From assembly GCA_002633005.1 (NCBI GenBank), contig NMRA01000002.1:1137278-1201277 (forward strand): a stretch of 64,000 nucleotides of DNA, given 5' to 3'. Shown one piece after another: positions 1 to 11,125 of the stretch (position 1 is the stretch's first letter; each line of letters starts with the position of its first letter). Made by a program: the position numbers and the translations under genes. This stretch comes from Phoronis australis (taxonomy: Eukaryota; Animalia; Phoronida). A model generated the notes under the pieces. The model had not been told where the DNA came from. It saw only the letters and a list, made by a program, of their open reading frames with translations, and searched no databases.

Positions 1-455
1 ACCGGCAGCCTAGAGCACGTAGCATAGATGAACGAGGTACCAACATCTGACCACTGGAGCACTTAGAGTCCACCGCAATATATACATTTATGGATGTCTG
101 CCGTTGTCTGCACTCTGGGTGTTAGCCCTGGGGTCCTTACAAGGGGGCCAAAAATGCACTAGATGACCTTTTTTGGCTTCTGCCAGACCCATTCCAGAGT
201 GCAATTTGTCTGTCATGGGTCATTCGGTGTTCAGTGCGGTACTAGTGTCCGTTTTAAATGTTTTGGCCGGTACCTCGAATATTCTAATCAAGCTCATGTT
301 TGCCCATGTGTAAGGTCCCCAGGGGTGACACCCATAGTGCATACAACGGCAGACGTTCATTTCTGCATAAAATTATACTGAGGTGGACTCTAAGTTCTCC
401 TATCGTCAGATGTTGATACCTCGTTCATCTATGCTAAGTGATTTGGGCTGCCGAT
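1..455. mobile_element. Foldback/MITE-like long imperfect inverted repeat (left end cut by window edge)
   Basis: Bases 1-148 are the imperfect reverse complement of 301-455, e.g. 'gcatagatgaacgaggtaccaacatctgac' pairs with 'gtcagatgttgatacctcgttcatctatgc'. The spacer is ~150 bp. Confidence 0.75.
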
Positions 456-1106
456 CTAGTACCTTACCTTGAGAAAAAATCGACAAAATGACGAGCAGTT
501 GACAGATCATTTTTTGATATTTGAAACTAAATGAAAGACGCTTTGACATCAACAGAAATTCCAAGATAAAATCCCAGAAACTTTGTTATAGTTTTCTAAA
601 TTATCATTTCGTTTTCGTTATATGCAACTTTTGTGTTTTCATAAAATTCATACAAGTGGCACACCTCCAACATACCGCATTTATTTTTGTTCTTTAGAAA
701 ATTAAAGTCACGTGAAACTATTATTAATACTTATATCTGTGGTCGCACGAGACCGCCCATTTTAGTCATTTTTTTTGATAAAAATAAACGTTTTTGTTGA
801 AATATGTGAAAATTCGTAAAATCGTGCCTCATTCCTATTTTACACTATTAAAAGTCAACCAACAAACATAAAAACAAGGATTCAATAACTTTAAAAGACG
901 ACAATACTTATGGAATTTTAATTTTAACACATAACCATCGATTTTCTTGCAGCATTTAAAACTTGTACTAAAGACGAGAAACCTCTACAAAAAGGGACTT
1001 TTTCATAGAAGCTCCCAACAAGTGCGTTCGCTTTAATGTTGATGATTGGCGTCTACCGTGTGTGGACCCCAGAGAGGGTGGGTATCCTAATTTCGCGGCG
1101 GCACAG

Positions 1107-1635
1107 TCAGTCAAAAACATAATCGAGTACCCCCTTTTCCGAACATCGATCCCATTCACACGAACATCGAAGCACCCGCTTGTCAACTGCACATTCATCA
1201 TAAAGTGAATTTTGGTGTGATTTGCATATGTTTGAATCTTGTTGGTGTGCGCAAGATTCATGGTTCATGCGCATGACTCTGGTTTGTGCCAATGATCCAA
1301 TGCTTGTGCGTAAGGGTTGTCCTCTTGACAAAGCGAGAGTAAATTGGAGTAGCTCTTGTTCATACCCTGTTGTTTTACACCAAAATACTCGCATTCCTTT
1401 CTCGTTCAACAGAGAGCACTCTTCACCTTTATACGGATAGGTCTTTCTGAATCGTAACTTCCACACGCATAAATTCTTGGAGTCGCGACACGGCGGAGCA
1501 ATTGTACTTGATGTTTGACTTTCCACTAAATACGAATTGCATATCAACACGCCGACCGCCTGAAAAACAAAAATCTGTAAATTTGAATTGGCAATCAGGA
1601 AGTTGCGTTTCATCATTTTAAGAACTTACATGCAT
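1107..1635 (-). CDS. Candidate secreted cysteine-rich protein (10 Cys, C-terminal CxCxxDxC), unknown family, possibly Ly6/three-finger-like
   Basis: Open frame 1559-1107 follows a strong acceptor (tttttgtttttcag). A possible 15-nt exon at 1644-1630 (tttag|ATTGCTAGAATGCAT|gtaagt) supplies an in-frame ATG at 1635; another gtaagt donor lies at 1715, giving 70/71-nt introns. The unspliced alternative starts at 1616. AATAAA on the - strand at 685-680. Confidence 0.5.
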
Positions 1636-1729
1636 TCTAGCAATCTAAATATAAATAAGAGCGTTTAATAACACCACTGAGCGTGAAATCAAGAAGGTAT
1701 GGATGTCGAACTTACCTTGGTCTGCAATA

Positions 1730-2160
1730 CAACAACAACTAAGTTTATTGAATTCCGGCATAGTACAATAACAAGTCATACAGAAAGACACAAAGTGAAG
1801 CTTAAAATGTTAAGTAAATGGTTTACCATTAAACTATTCACAAAGAATATTGTAAGTATTTAAACAATTTTATCATTTGTAAAAAAACACTCTGCATCAG
1901 TTTAACCAATTGCTCAATGGTTTAGCGAAAATGAAAAGTGCAATTTTAAACCTGTGAATAAACGGTAAATCCTCATGTATAGACCAGAATAAAATGAAAC
2001 TAGACCTCAGTTACACAGTGATACCAAGTATTTGACAAAATCCATCCTTGTTGTAAATAATATCAATCCATTAGCCTACTGCAAATAAATGGCAAGAAAC
2101 TTAGAGAATGACATCACCATTAGACTATTAATTTTCGTGTTGTCTGTAGATGACTCCATT
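1730..2160 (-). mobile_element. Degenerate LINE-like 3' remnant
   Basis: The - strand ends in 'aataaac' plus a (gtt)n tail and carries a degenerate 'VKYL(G)IT' RT C-terminal-like motif. No intact ORF. Confidence 0.3.
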
Positions 2161-4448
2161 AGCTGACTTTATGTCATCAAGGGGCTATTTAGTGCGCGTG
2201 ATCCGTCTGCTATAACTCTGTTGACGCTACTAGATCACGTGTATGTCCTCGTCAAGACAATATTTAGTGTGCATCGTAGTCCGCCGGGCTGCCATAACTC
2301 TGTTATGACGTCACCCACTAGTTGAGTATGACGGCACCTATGCTTGCAGAGACAACACAGTTTACAAAGGTAAAAAAGGGTGCACGTTACAATGCTGAAT
2401 TCAACGAACTCTTATCATGACGTTGATTTTTTCCATTGCAAAACTTTTAAGGGACCGTATATAATGTGGACTTCAGTGACGTCACACTCTGCTCAACTGC
2501 TCCAAATTCTTGAGAAATTCAGTTTAGGCCTACCCAAGGTCGACCCATGGACTTCAAAATTGTGGATTTTATTCTGGCAACTAAACAGAAAACATGTTAC
2601 GGCAAGTTAAAATGGTCAAAGTCGATGTGCGAAGGAGTCGTTTAAAAGTGACAATCCGAGCGTTGCAAAACTTTGACAGTTTTGGGTGAAATATTGCCGT
2701 TATTTAAAACGATAAAAATGGTCATTTCAAACAACTTGTGCTTACAAAACTGAATCCATAGCACTTTGGCAGGCAATGCGGAAGTGTGTGCGCATTTCTA
2801 TTTGTATAACGAATTCAAGGTGAATGCACGCCTTACCAGATTACTTCTTATAAAGTCTTCAAATGTTTTCAAACGCTGCTATATTAGCGTTACGAAGAGA
2901 GTCCTACAGAGGGTTAACATATTTTAGATATTCTAAATTCTGATACAGTTAGTTTCTTTCGTGATTAAAAACCTAAAACTGCTCTGTTAGTCAAGAAAAC
3001 TCTTGGTCCACGGCTGGCATGCCTTGGATATTCATCCCAGTGACTGATAATTTAGTGCTTCTGAATTTGGATCTAAATATTACAAAAAAGTAACGAACAA
3101 CTTATTTTGTGAACAAATTAATACGTTATTTACTCAACCATAGAAATGGGAGTCTGAGAGTCATGGAATGAGCGAATTAGAAGTCAGTGAATCTAGAATT
3201 CAGTGAATCTAGAGGTTAGTGTTCTCTGGTCAATTTGTCTTCACATTCTTTACTGTTTCATATTTTAGTGTCTTTTAAGATTTACCATTAAAAAAGATTT
3301 CTGGAGATTTTGTTGCAGATAAATATATTTATTGTGCTCTGTTCCAACAATGGTAATTAGGACAGTAGATAGGTCTCCAGTCTTATCACTGAGTTTTAAA
3401 ATATCAAAATAATGCATATTATAACAAAGTGGTTTAAGCATATTGATATGTGTACAAAACGTACCTTTCATATTCTTGTTCACCATACTCTTCACTATTC
3501 ATATTCAAACAATGTGGATAACTTTCTGCTATGAGAAATCTGAATAAGAGACTTAAGATTCAACTGGTTGAATGAAGTGTCGTTGCCATTAGCCGGGCAT
3601 CATTGTAGCGTAGGCTAATATTATGCTCTTACATACGGGCATTTTGTATCACGTTCTGTTCACCAAGCATGACAAACAATGACCTCCTTGCCAAGGCTAT
3701 TTCTTGAAATTTAGCAGACAACGCAGGATTTTACGGGAAGACACATTTCTGTTATTTTTACCAGTTTTCGAACAAAATTTGAAGATCTTGACGGGTTCTT
3801 CCGTCTTCGGCACACAACACTGCCAAAATCATATATGAATCTAACGACTTTCTTCGAGCAGAGATCAATCCGCAGTGTTCATTCTCTTCTTACTGTGCGC
3901 CAACACAGTCTTGTGAATCTTTTCGCACGTGATACGAGGCTGTGCTAGAAAGTGATTTGTAACGTCTACATCCTACACTAAGACTAAAATTTCGACCTCG
4001 CTGAAACACCCTTATACAACTTTTTAGAATGGAATTTACTCAAACCACTTCGACCCGTAGCTCTCGTAGGCCTTAATTTTAATTCGACGTTGGGAATTTG
4101 ACAGCTACACTTGTGCGTAATGTCAGATAGAAATTACTTACGAGAAAAATCGCACAGAAATTCGTCGGATAATCCATTGAAGTACCGCATTGAGCGCCAC
4201 TCACTTTATCTGGCAAGTGTCGCCTTGGTGTCATCGATTTGGGTTAAATACCAGGGAAAGTGACATGAAGAAGTGCATACCTCAACTGATTGATAACTAC
4301 GAAACTGCAGTCCATAAATAACGAAGTTACGCGTGCGTAACACGTTCTTTTTATTGAACTAAGTCATAACGAGTAATTTACACAGCGCCCTCTACACAGC
4401 AATTTGAAAGTATCTACATCAGTGAGATAATTTGTCGCTGATGAGTAC

Positions 4449-4527
4449 CAGTGGCGGATTTAGGGGGGCCACGCCCCCCCCCCCCCTANCCCCCCCTCCC
4501 CAACTCAAAATCCTGGATTCGCCCCTG
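4449..4527. mobile_element. Short TIR element (CAGTGGCGGATT...GGATTCGCCCCTG) with 5-bp TSD
   Basis: Imperfect terminal inverted repeats, flanked on both sides by AGTAC. Related to 19465-19624. Confidence 0.65.
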
Positions 4528-6061
4528 AGTACTTTCAGATAATAGAAATAAAATTACATTTAGCTGCTGCAGATCATTGTCTTGAACGAAGTTACTAATG
4601 GAACCGTGACAGCTTCACATGCTTGTAAGTTTTAATGTGTTAAAGGGACAGCTATGCTGTAGGGAGTCCACTTTCAGTAGACTGAGGGGAGAATATGCAG
4701 GTCAGTGTCAGGGCGCACTGTCTTTGAAAATTGTAATCTGGGATTTTCGGGTCGAACAATCCATTTACAGTTCCGTTGCGAATTGCTAGTTTAGACTGTT
4801 GTCTTCACTCTTCCAGGGATCCTAGTCGAGCTTATTAACATTTCGGAGACGATAGTTTCCCTCCTCCAACTGATTGTCCGCTGTCCGACACTGCGCCTTG
4901 GACGTGTTCCAGTTTGTCAATATTAATTGTTTAAGACTATTTTGAGCGTGTGCGGGTACTCCAGCCCGAGCATGCACAGGGCCTAATTTAATATTAAGGG
5001 GGCAAGGATCTCCGTTCAGTTTCTTAGAAATCGTAATTTGGTCTTGAAAATTCTGCCGTGCATCATGTGCCTGCATGTATATTATTTTTCGTGTTTCGTG
5101 TTTAAATCATTGGATAAACTCAACGTTTGTTAAATGTTCTTCAGAAATGTTGGTGGTTTCGGTATACATACTATCGGCCCCTCACATAAGTCAACCACTA
5201 AGTTCCAAAAGCGCCACGTAGGCCTAGTGGTACTTTCAAGGCCACAAATGTATTGGCTATTTTTAATAATTCGTCTTTTACATTTTTTTTATTTTTCCCG
5301 TGCTCCATGATGTTGAGGAGCCCTCTTGTCTCTCAGGTACAGACTAGTCAGGGTCTGAAAAGCGACTTATTTAAGACTTATTAAAAGTCAGAACTTGGCC
5401 TTACGCTCCCCATAACTCAAAATAACAATTAAAAGTCACTTTAGCAAAAGAACAAAGTATCTGGGAATGTACCCATAATTGCTAATACTGGGAAAACCTG
5501 TAAAAATTATTTCCAGGCAGAGTACCTTGCTCAGTAATAAATACTGACCATAAACGCAATGGTATATGAGTGAACTTGGAACGCAAGGAAATTTGGCAAG
5601 TTAATTCAAGCCAGTAACCACATTCACCTTCATAGAAATTTGTTCTGCACTAAAGTGAATTACACGTTCATATAAGAATGTAAGCTATAACCAATTTTTC
5701 AACTATTGGCGATCTTGCCTGTTCCCCAAACAAGTCCATTCCTCAGATTCTGTGACACAAAGATAAAATGGGTGATCGTGAGGCCAATAATTACAAAAAA
5801 AATTTACTCTGAATAAAATATTCACCTGGGCTGGGTTGCATAAAAACGTGGTGCGAGATAATGCGAATTAATTGTTGCTATGCAGTGTACAACTTTTATG
5901 CGACTGGGCTCTGAGTGCCTTAATGAATATCTAATTCTAGTAACGCGATCTTGAGATATGCAGCCGTCACGTAGAGCAAAGGACAGTGATCTCCAAATCT
6001 GTCAATAGAGGGCGATTACATACTTCCGTCTTGTCAGCTTATAGGGTTTGAAAGCCGTGAA

Positions 6062-8131
6062 ATGTCCAGTAAATCTGGTCAGATTTTATCGTCAAGACAG
6101 AGAATCTTGCAACTGTCTGGTCACCTGTCTGACTGCTCAACACAGGTGAGTGAAAAATCATAGCGCCACGTTCATGAACTCAGGCTCAAGAAAGGAATGG
6201 CTAGCCAGCCAGCTAGTTCAGTTGTATGCACAGGCGTCCTCAGCTTCTGATCGTCCCCAATAAACGATTAGTTTATTGGGGACGATCAGAAGCCGAGGAC
6301 GCATGTGGTTGTATGCAAGGCTTCCTCAGCTTCTGATCGTCCCCAGTACACTATAAACAATACTATTGGGGATGATCAAAGCTGAAGACGCCTGTGGATG
6401 AAGACTATCGCCATCACTGTGTTTGTATGAATACAATTCACACAAAACAATATCCAACGGCAACGTGGAAGGCACCTTTATGTTAATGCCAAATGAAGAG
6501 CTTTTTGATAAAATTAAAATGAGACAAATACCATAGTCAGTTGGTTCGAAATGTGCACCAGTTAGAGTTAGTGTTACTGTATAGCCAACCAGCTACTTAG
6601 TATATGAAGACTATTGTCAAAATACAGCTAGGAACCACTGTTTGTTAAGCTCCAGTAGTTTATTCTGAAATTCGGTTTGCTGGTATTAAAATACTAAAAA
6701 CTTATGACAAAATGAAACCAGCTCTGATAATTTATTATGACATGTACATAACCTTGTGGATGAAGAACGATTGATTGAATAATTGGCGAAAAAAGAAACT
6801 AGCCAATAGATGACGCTATATTTCGTGGAGCTGAAAGCCCATGCAAATGGTCGCTCCACAACTCTAGCAGCAGAATAACGTTAGAACACCAATTTTTCCA
6901 ACACTGTTAAATAGTTTAGTTTACTCAAGGAATAGTGCAGTTTTTATTGACACTAATTTTGTGTTAGATTTAATATTGCCATTTTTTACACACATCGGCG
7001 CTAAGCTGTATATTTAAAATATAGCTTTTCACCAAGGCTAACTACTGTACTAGTGATTAATCATGATTATTTTTGTGTGCTCAACAAATTTTGTCTACAG
7101 CAGGGGTTTCTGCCAAATTATTCTAGTACTAGTATGCTGGTGTAAGGATTTTTTTTTATTCTGTTGGTCATACTTCTTAATTTGATATGATAATGCTTTT
7201 CATTCTTGTTTCTAATTTTGCAGGCTTTATGTTATGCAAGGTGTGTGTCAAGTAAGGAGCATGTTTCTAAAGGAGATTGTGCAAAAGAATTCCAAGACTT
7301 GAAGACATGTATTCAAAATTCTGTGAGTATAAACAACCATTATTACCGATCAAAAAAAAAACTCTTTGGAGCCTCTCCTCCAAATGATAACACAGGGTAG
7401 TGGAGTAGGTTGCTGTTGCACATTCAAAATCTACGCATCACCTGGGCTTGATACAAGTATTTGAGATCATACAAAGATTTTTGCATTTTTATCGAAAGAT
7501 TTTGAAATAGTTTCGAGATGTTATTGTACAATTTTTGTATCTTTCTTGGCAATTAAAAACATTCAGTGGAAACGCTTTCTCTTCACGCATCGCAAACTCC
7601 TGTTGTTCGAGGTGAGCAGTCTTTTCTTGCAATGCATTTGCTTACTAATCTAACAAACCTTGTAAACTCGTTTTCAGTCTTACTCCAAACTTTTGAATGT
7701 TGATGTGTGAAGCTTTACGCTTTAAATGATGTTGATATCTGTTCATATTGAGTATCCTTTTTAAGTGGCGTTGATACCTACATATAGTAAGTATTCTTTC
7801 AGTAGTGTTGATATCTGCTTATGGTTAAGTATCATTTTAAGTGGTGTTCATGTGTCTTTATAGTTCATTGTCCTTTTGTGGGACAATTCATTGTTATTTA
7901 CATTTTCAATTTATCTGTTGGGGGAAGGAGTGAACAGCCATGAATGTGTACTGGTGACTGTATGACCCGTAGAGTGTGCAGTTTGGAACTTTTAGGTCTA
8001 AGAAGTTCTTGAGGTGTGTTCTCCTGAATGTCAAATAGAGATTTCTATTTATTTTTTAATTCTTTTGATATAACTATGTCATTAATCATGACATCTTGTA
8101 TTTGTTTCAGGTGAAAAAAGTGAAACGATGA
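6062..8131 (+). CDS. NDUFAF8: NADH dehydrogenase complex I assembly factor 8 (twin CX9C protein), 67 aa
   Basis: Exons 6062-6145, 7224-7322, 8111-8131, all GT-AG and phase 0. Product MSSKSGQILSSRQRILQLSGHLSDCSTQALCYARCVSSKEHVSKGDCAKEFQDLKTCIQNSVKKVKR has twin CX9C with the family-typical 'AxxYxRCV' and 'CAKEFxxLxxC'. Confidence 0.85.
6221..6396. repeat. Two tandem near-perfect hairpin (palindromic) units in NDUFAF8 intron 1
   Basis: Arm 6229-6265 pairs with 6271-6307 (35/37 matches, loop gatta). A second, more diverged unit spans 6308-6396. Both units start gttgtatgca. Confidence 0.85.
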
Positions 8132-10978
8132 GTCTGTTGTCTAACTCTGATATACAAGTTTGTTGCAAGAAATCCAGTTGAACACCAGCTAACATTGATG
8201 GTACAATGAATGTACAGTGACTGTACATTGAATGTTGTGACCAAACTATGACTGATGTAGTTTGTGAATGGACCACTTGATTGCCTATGTTCGGACAAGA
8301 GAAAGCATGGAATGAACGTGTAGCTAAGCAAAATCTGTCTTTGTGAATTGTGAATCGCAGGGCTTTTCCAAAAAAGTCTCCTCTGACATTATGCGTTTAC
8401 CCAATTAATGTATCTTACTAATTTTCTAATAATTGCTTCTCAGCTAGGTGCAGCTAATGCAAATCACCAGCAGAGAATAAAGGTGGTACTTAGGTACACA
8501 GAAACAAAATTTCCACAAAAATTGTGTTCGGAATTCAGAAGCATAATTTTTCAGCTTACAAAAATGAAGCATCATGTTGCATTCTCAACAGCCACTGGAA
8601 ATTCAAAAAGAAAAACGACCGCTCACGCGAAAGAGAATATCGCTGAAGTAAGTGAGTCCATCCCAAAGCCTGAAAAAATAGCTGTGGAGGCAAACTACAG
8701 ATCTCTGATACACTGGATTTTTTCACTGTGGATACTGTAAAGATTATGTTTATGGTACTCTAACAATATATAGGTCTATTTGAAGAAACAGAAAAGTGAA
8801 AATGAAGTTATAGGTATACCGGAGATTTCTGAAATAGCCCTCATCAACATAAAGCCCCTATGAGGCTCTTTCACAAACAAGGACAGAAACAGTCACCATT
8901 GGGTCTTTCATGCGAAAGTATAGAAAATGTGGCAAAATTTCATTATTTTCTCAACTTTGATCTTTAAAGTGACTTTTTATGGAAGCAAAATGACTTAAGG
9001 AAAATAGGTGTTTCTAATGTGGCTTTTTCAAAAATACCCGATAATTAGGAATTGTGTTTTTTTTTCCGAAACTTATATCAAGGAGGGGAATAAACCTAGC
9101 TTTCTGTGTAGTTTCATGCATGGTTGGGATTGAATATTCTGCTTGAAATCTTTCTCTAGGCTCAGCCAATATTTTGTTCTCGAAACAGGCCCTACCTTGC
9201 TTTTTCAGCATTCATATATAATGTAAGAACGCTAAGTCCATGGTTCTCATGACAGTGCATTTCAATGTGTGATGTTTTTTTAATAAAAATGCACATTCAA
9301 TATCATTTTGTTTGTTCATTGGTTTCTCTTCATTGGACTCTTACAGAGGCAGGCACATTTTTGATGATCTTTGGTTTGATTCCAGTTTTTGCATTTCCTT
9401 GCAAAGTCGGCCACTACTGTTCATTACACAAAGAAAAAAAATACTTTAATTTTGAACTCTTATTCTTTAAAAGGGATCTTTAGCGTAAGGGTACTTGATG
9501 GCAAGAATAGTGTTTTGCCGAGATGCAGGGGAATGGGAAATTGTGGAAACAGGAATCCAGTAAATTGTAGGAAAGTTTATTAGAGTACCAGCAAGGAATC
9601 ATTGTCGCCTATGGCAACGAGACTTGATGTTTTACGGTCAACTTGTTGCAAAGTGTCTACTGAAATGTTTACATGACCCTCTAGGAACATTTCCAGTTTT
9701 ACTGCCGATGAACGCATTTTGTGGATTAGTGTTGGGGTAGACTTTTTGGTACAATTAGCTTTGATTACAGCTAAATAAAAACAACACAATCCGTATTTTT
9801 TGTTTTTTATTTGATTTTATTATAAATCGGAAATTCTCGCCCTTGTCTGCTACTAGTTCGCTGAAATCAAGGCCCGTACAATCCTTTTTTTTTTATTTTA
9901 GTTCAAATTACCAATTCTCGCTGTTGCCTGCCAAACATCGCTGAAATCAAGGCCGTTGAGTCGGTGACTACCAGAAACGTAGGCCTACGTTTTGAAGCGT
10001 ACTCAGAGTAGGCCTATGTTAAAAAATACTGCGCCATTTATTGAGTGGGATTTAGCTCCGCCAGCAGTTACCCCGGAGGTTGCAGCTAGGTTCGCTGAGG
10101 CTGATCACAAAAAAGCTTTTCTTGTCGACGTCTCTTTTAAAGGTGGCATACGAAATTTTGACAGCGGCTCGTCAGCATAGTGTTCCAAAGTGGGTAGCAG
10201 TTTCACTGGCTGAAAACGTTAGCGAAAACCTTATGAAAGATGCAGGTACCGACCTCTATTGGACTGAACACAAATACAATGTATTTACAGTCTCACGAAA
10301 GCTATGGATACGTCAGACTGTCTAAAATTGTACCAGGTTCCACATTTGTCAGTTCTTTGATTTGCACTCTAAAATATCACACGTGCACTTCACACCAGAC
10401 AAATCGTCCCCTTTTAACCAACTCGTGTTTGTTCACTAAGAGTCGCAATATGAAGCCGACCATGTTGCAACAAAATGATCAAATTGTGTACGAAAAGAGG
10501 CCCATGGGAAAACGTCAAATGAAACTGATTTTACCGACTCGGGTGTATTTTCGGAAAGGGGGAGGAAACTGTCAAACATGTAGTTTTGTTAAACATTTTG
10601 GTGATTTTTAAAGAAACGCGTCCTTTTTAATGTATGTAATGTATCTCATTGGTAAGAATTTTATTCGTCCATACTTATTTCGCATTCGGCAAACACAGTT
10701 TGTTGAAGATGTCCTTCATAATCTTAGTTACCAAGAAAATCAACAAATATCTCGTTAAATGACAATCATTTGAGCGAAATCGCAACCCCCAAAATATAAT
10801 GTCTCTCCCAAGTGAAGCTTTACTTCAAAACACATTACATACCGATTACGAGTCCTTCTGATTCCCAATACATGCACATGGTTGTACTTTTTGAAAATTT
10901 TCCGAAAACACACCGATGGGCGTACTTGCTTTAATTAGGGCGAGTCTATATTTTCGGAAATTCCCGGTAGTTGGCATT

Positions 10979-11085
10979 TGACGTGTACGATTGGTGACGT
11001 CGAACTATTAGTGACGTATTCACGTTACAAATTTTGTAAAATGAACGTGGGAATGGCTCACAGAGTCATTCGGGACTTTATAAAA
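10979..11085 (+). promoter_or_regulatory. Putative core promoter of the 995-aa ORF (CRE-like sites plus TATA box)
   Basis: Three TGACGT motifs (~10979, 10995, 11013) and TATAAAA at 11079-11085, about 45 bp upstream of the ATG. Confidence 0.45.
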
Positions 11086-11125
11086 GTTATGATATCATGG
11101 TTTATATACTTTTATTTGGCAAATT

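Noticed and set aside
9992-10611. Cluster of overlapping + ORFs upstream of the 995-aa gene
   Set aside because: No recognisable motif or consistent splice pattern; probably decayed repeat sequence.
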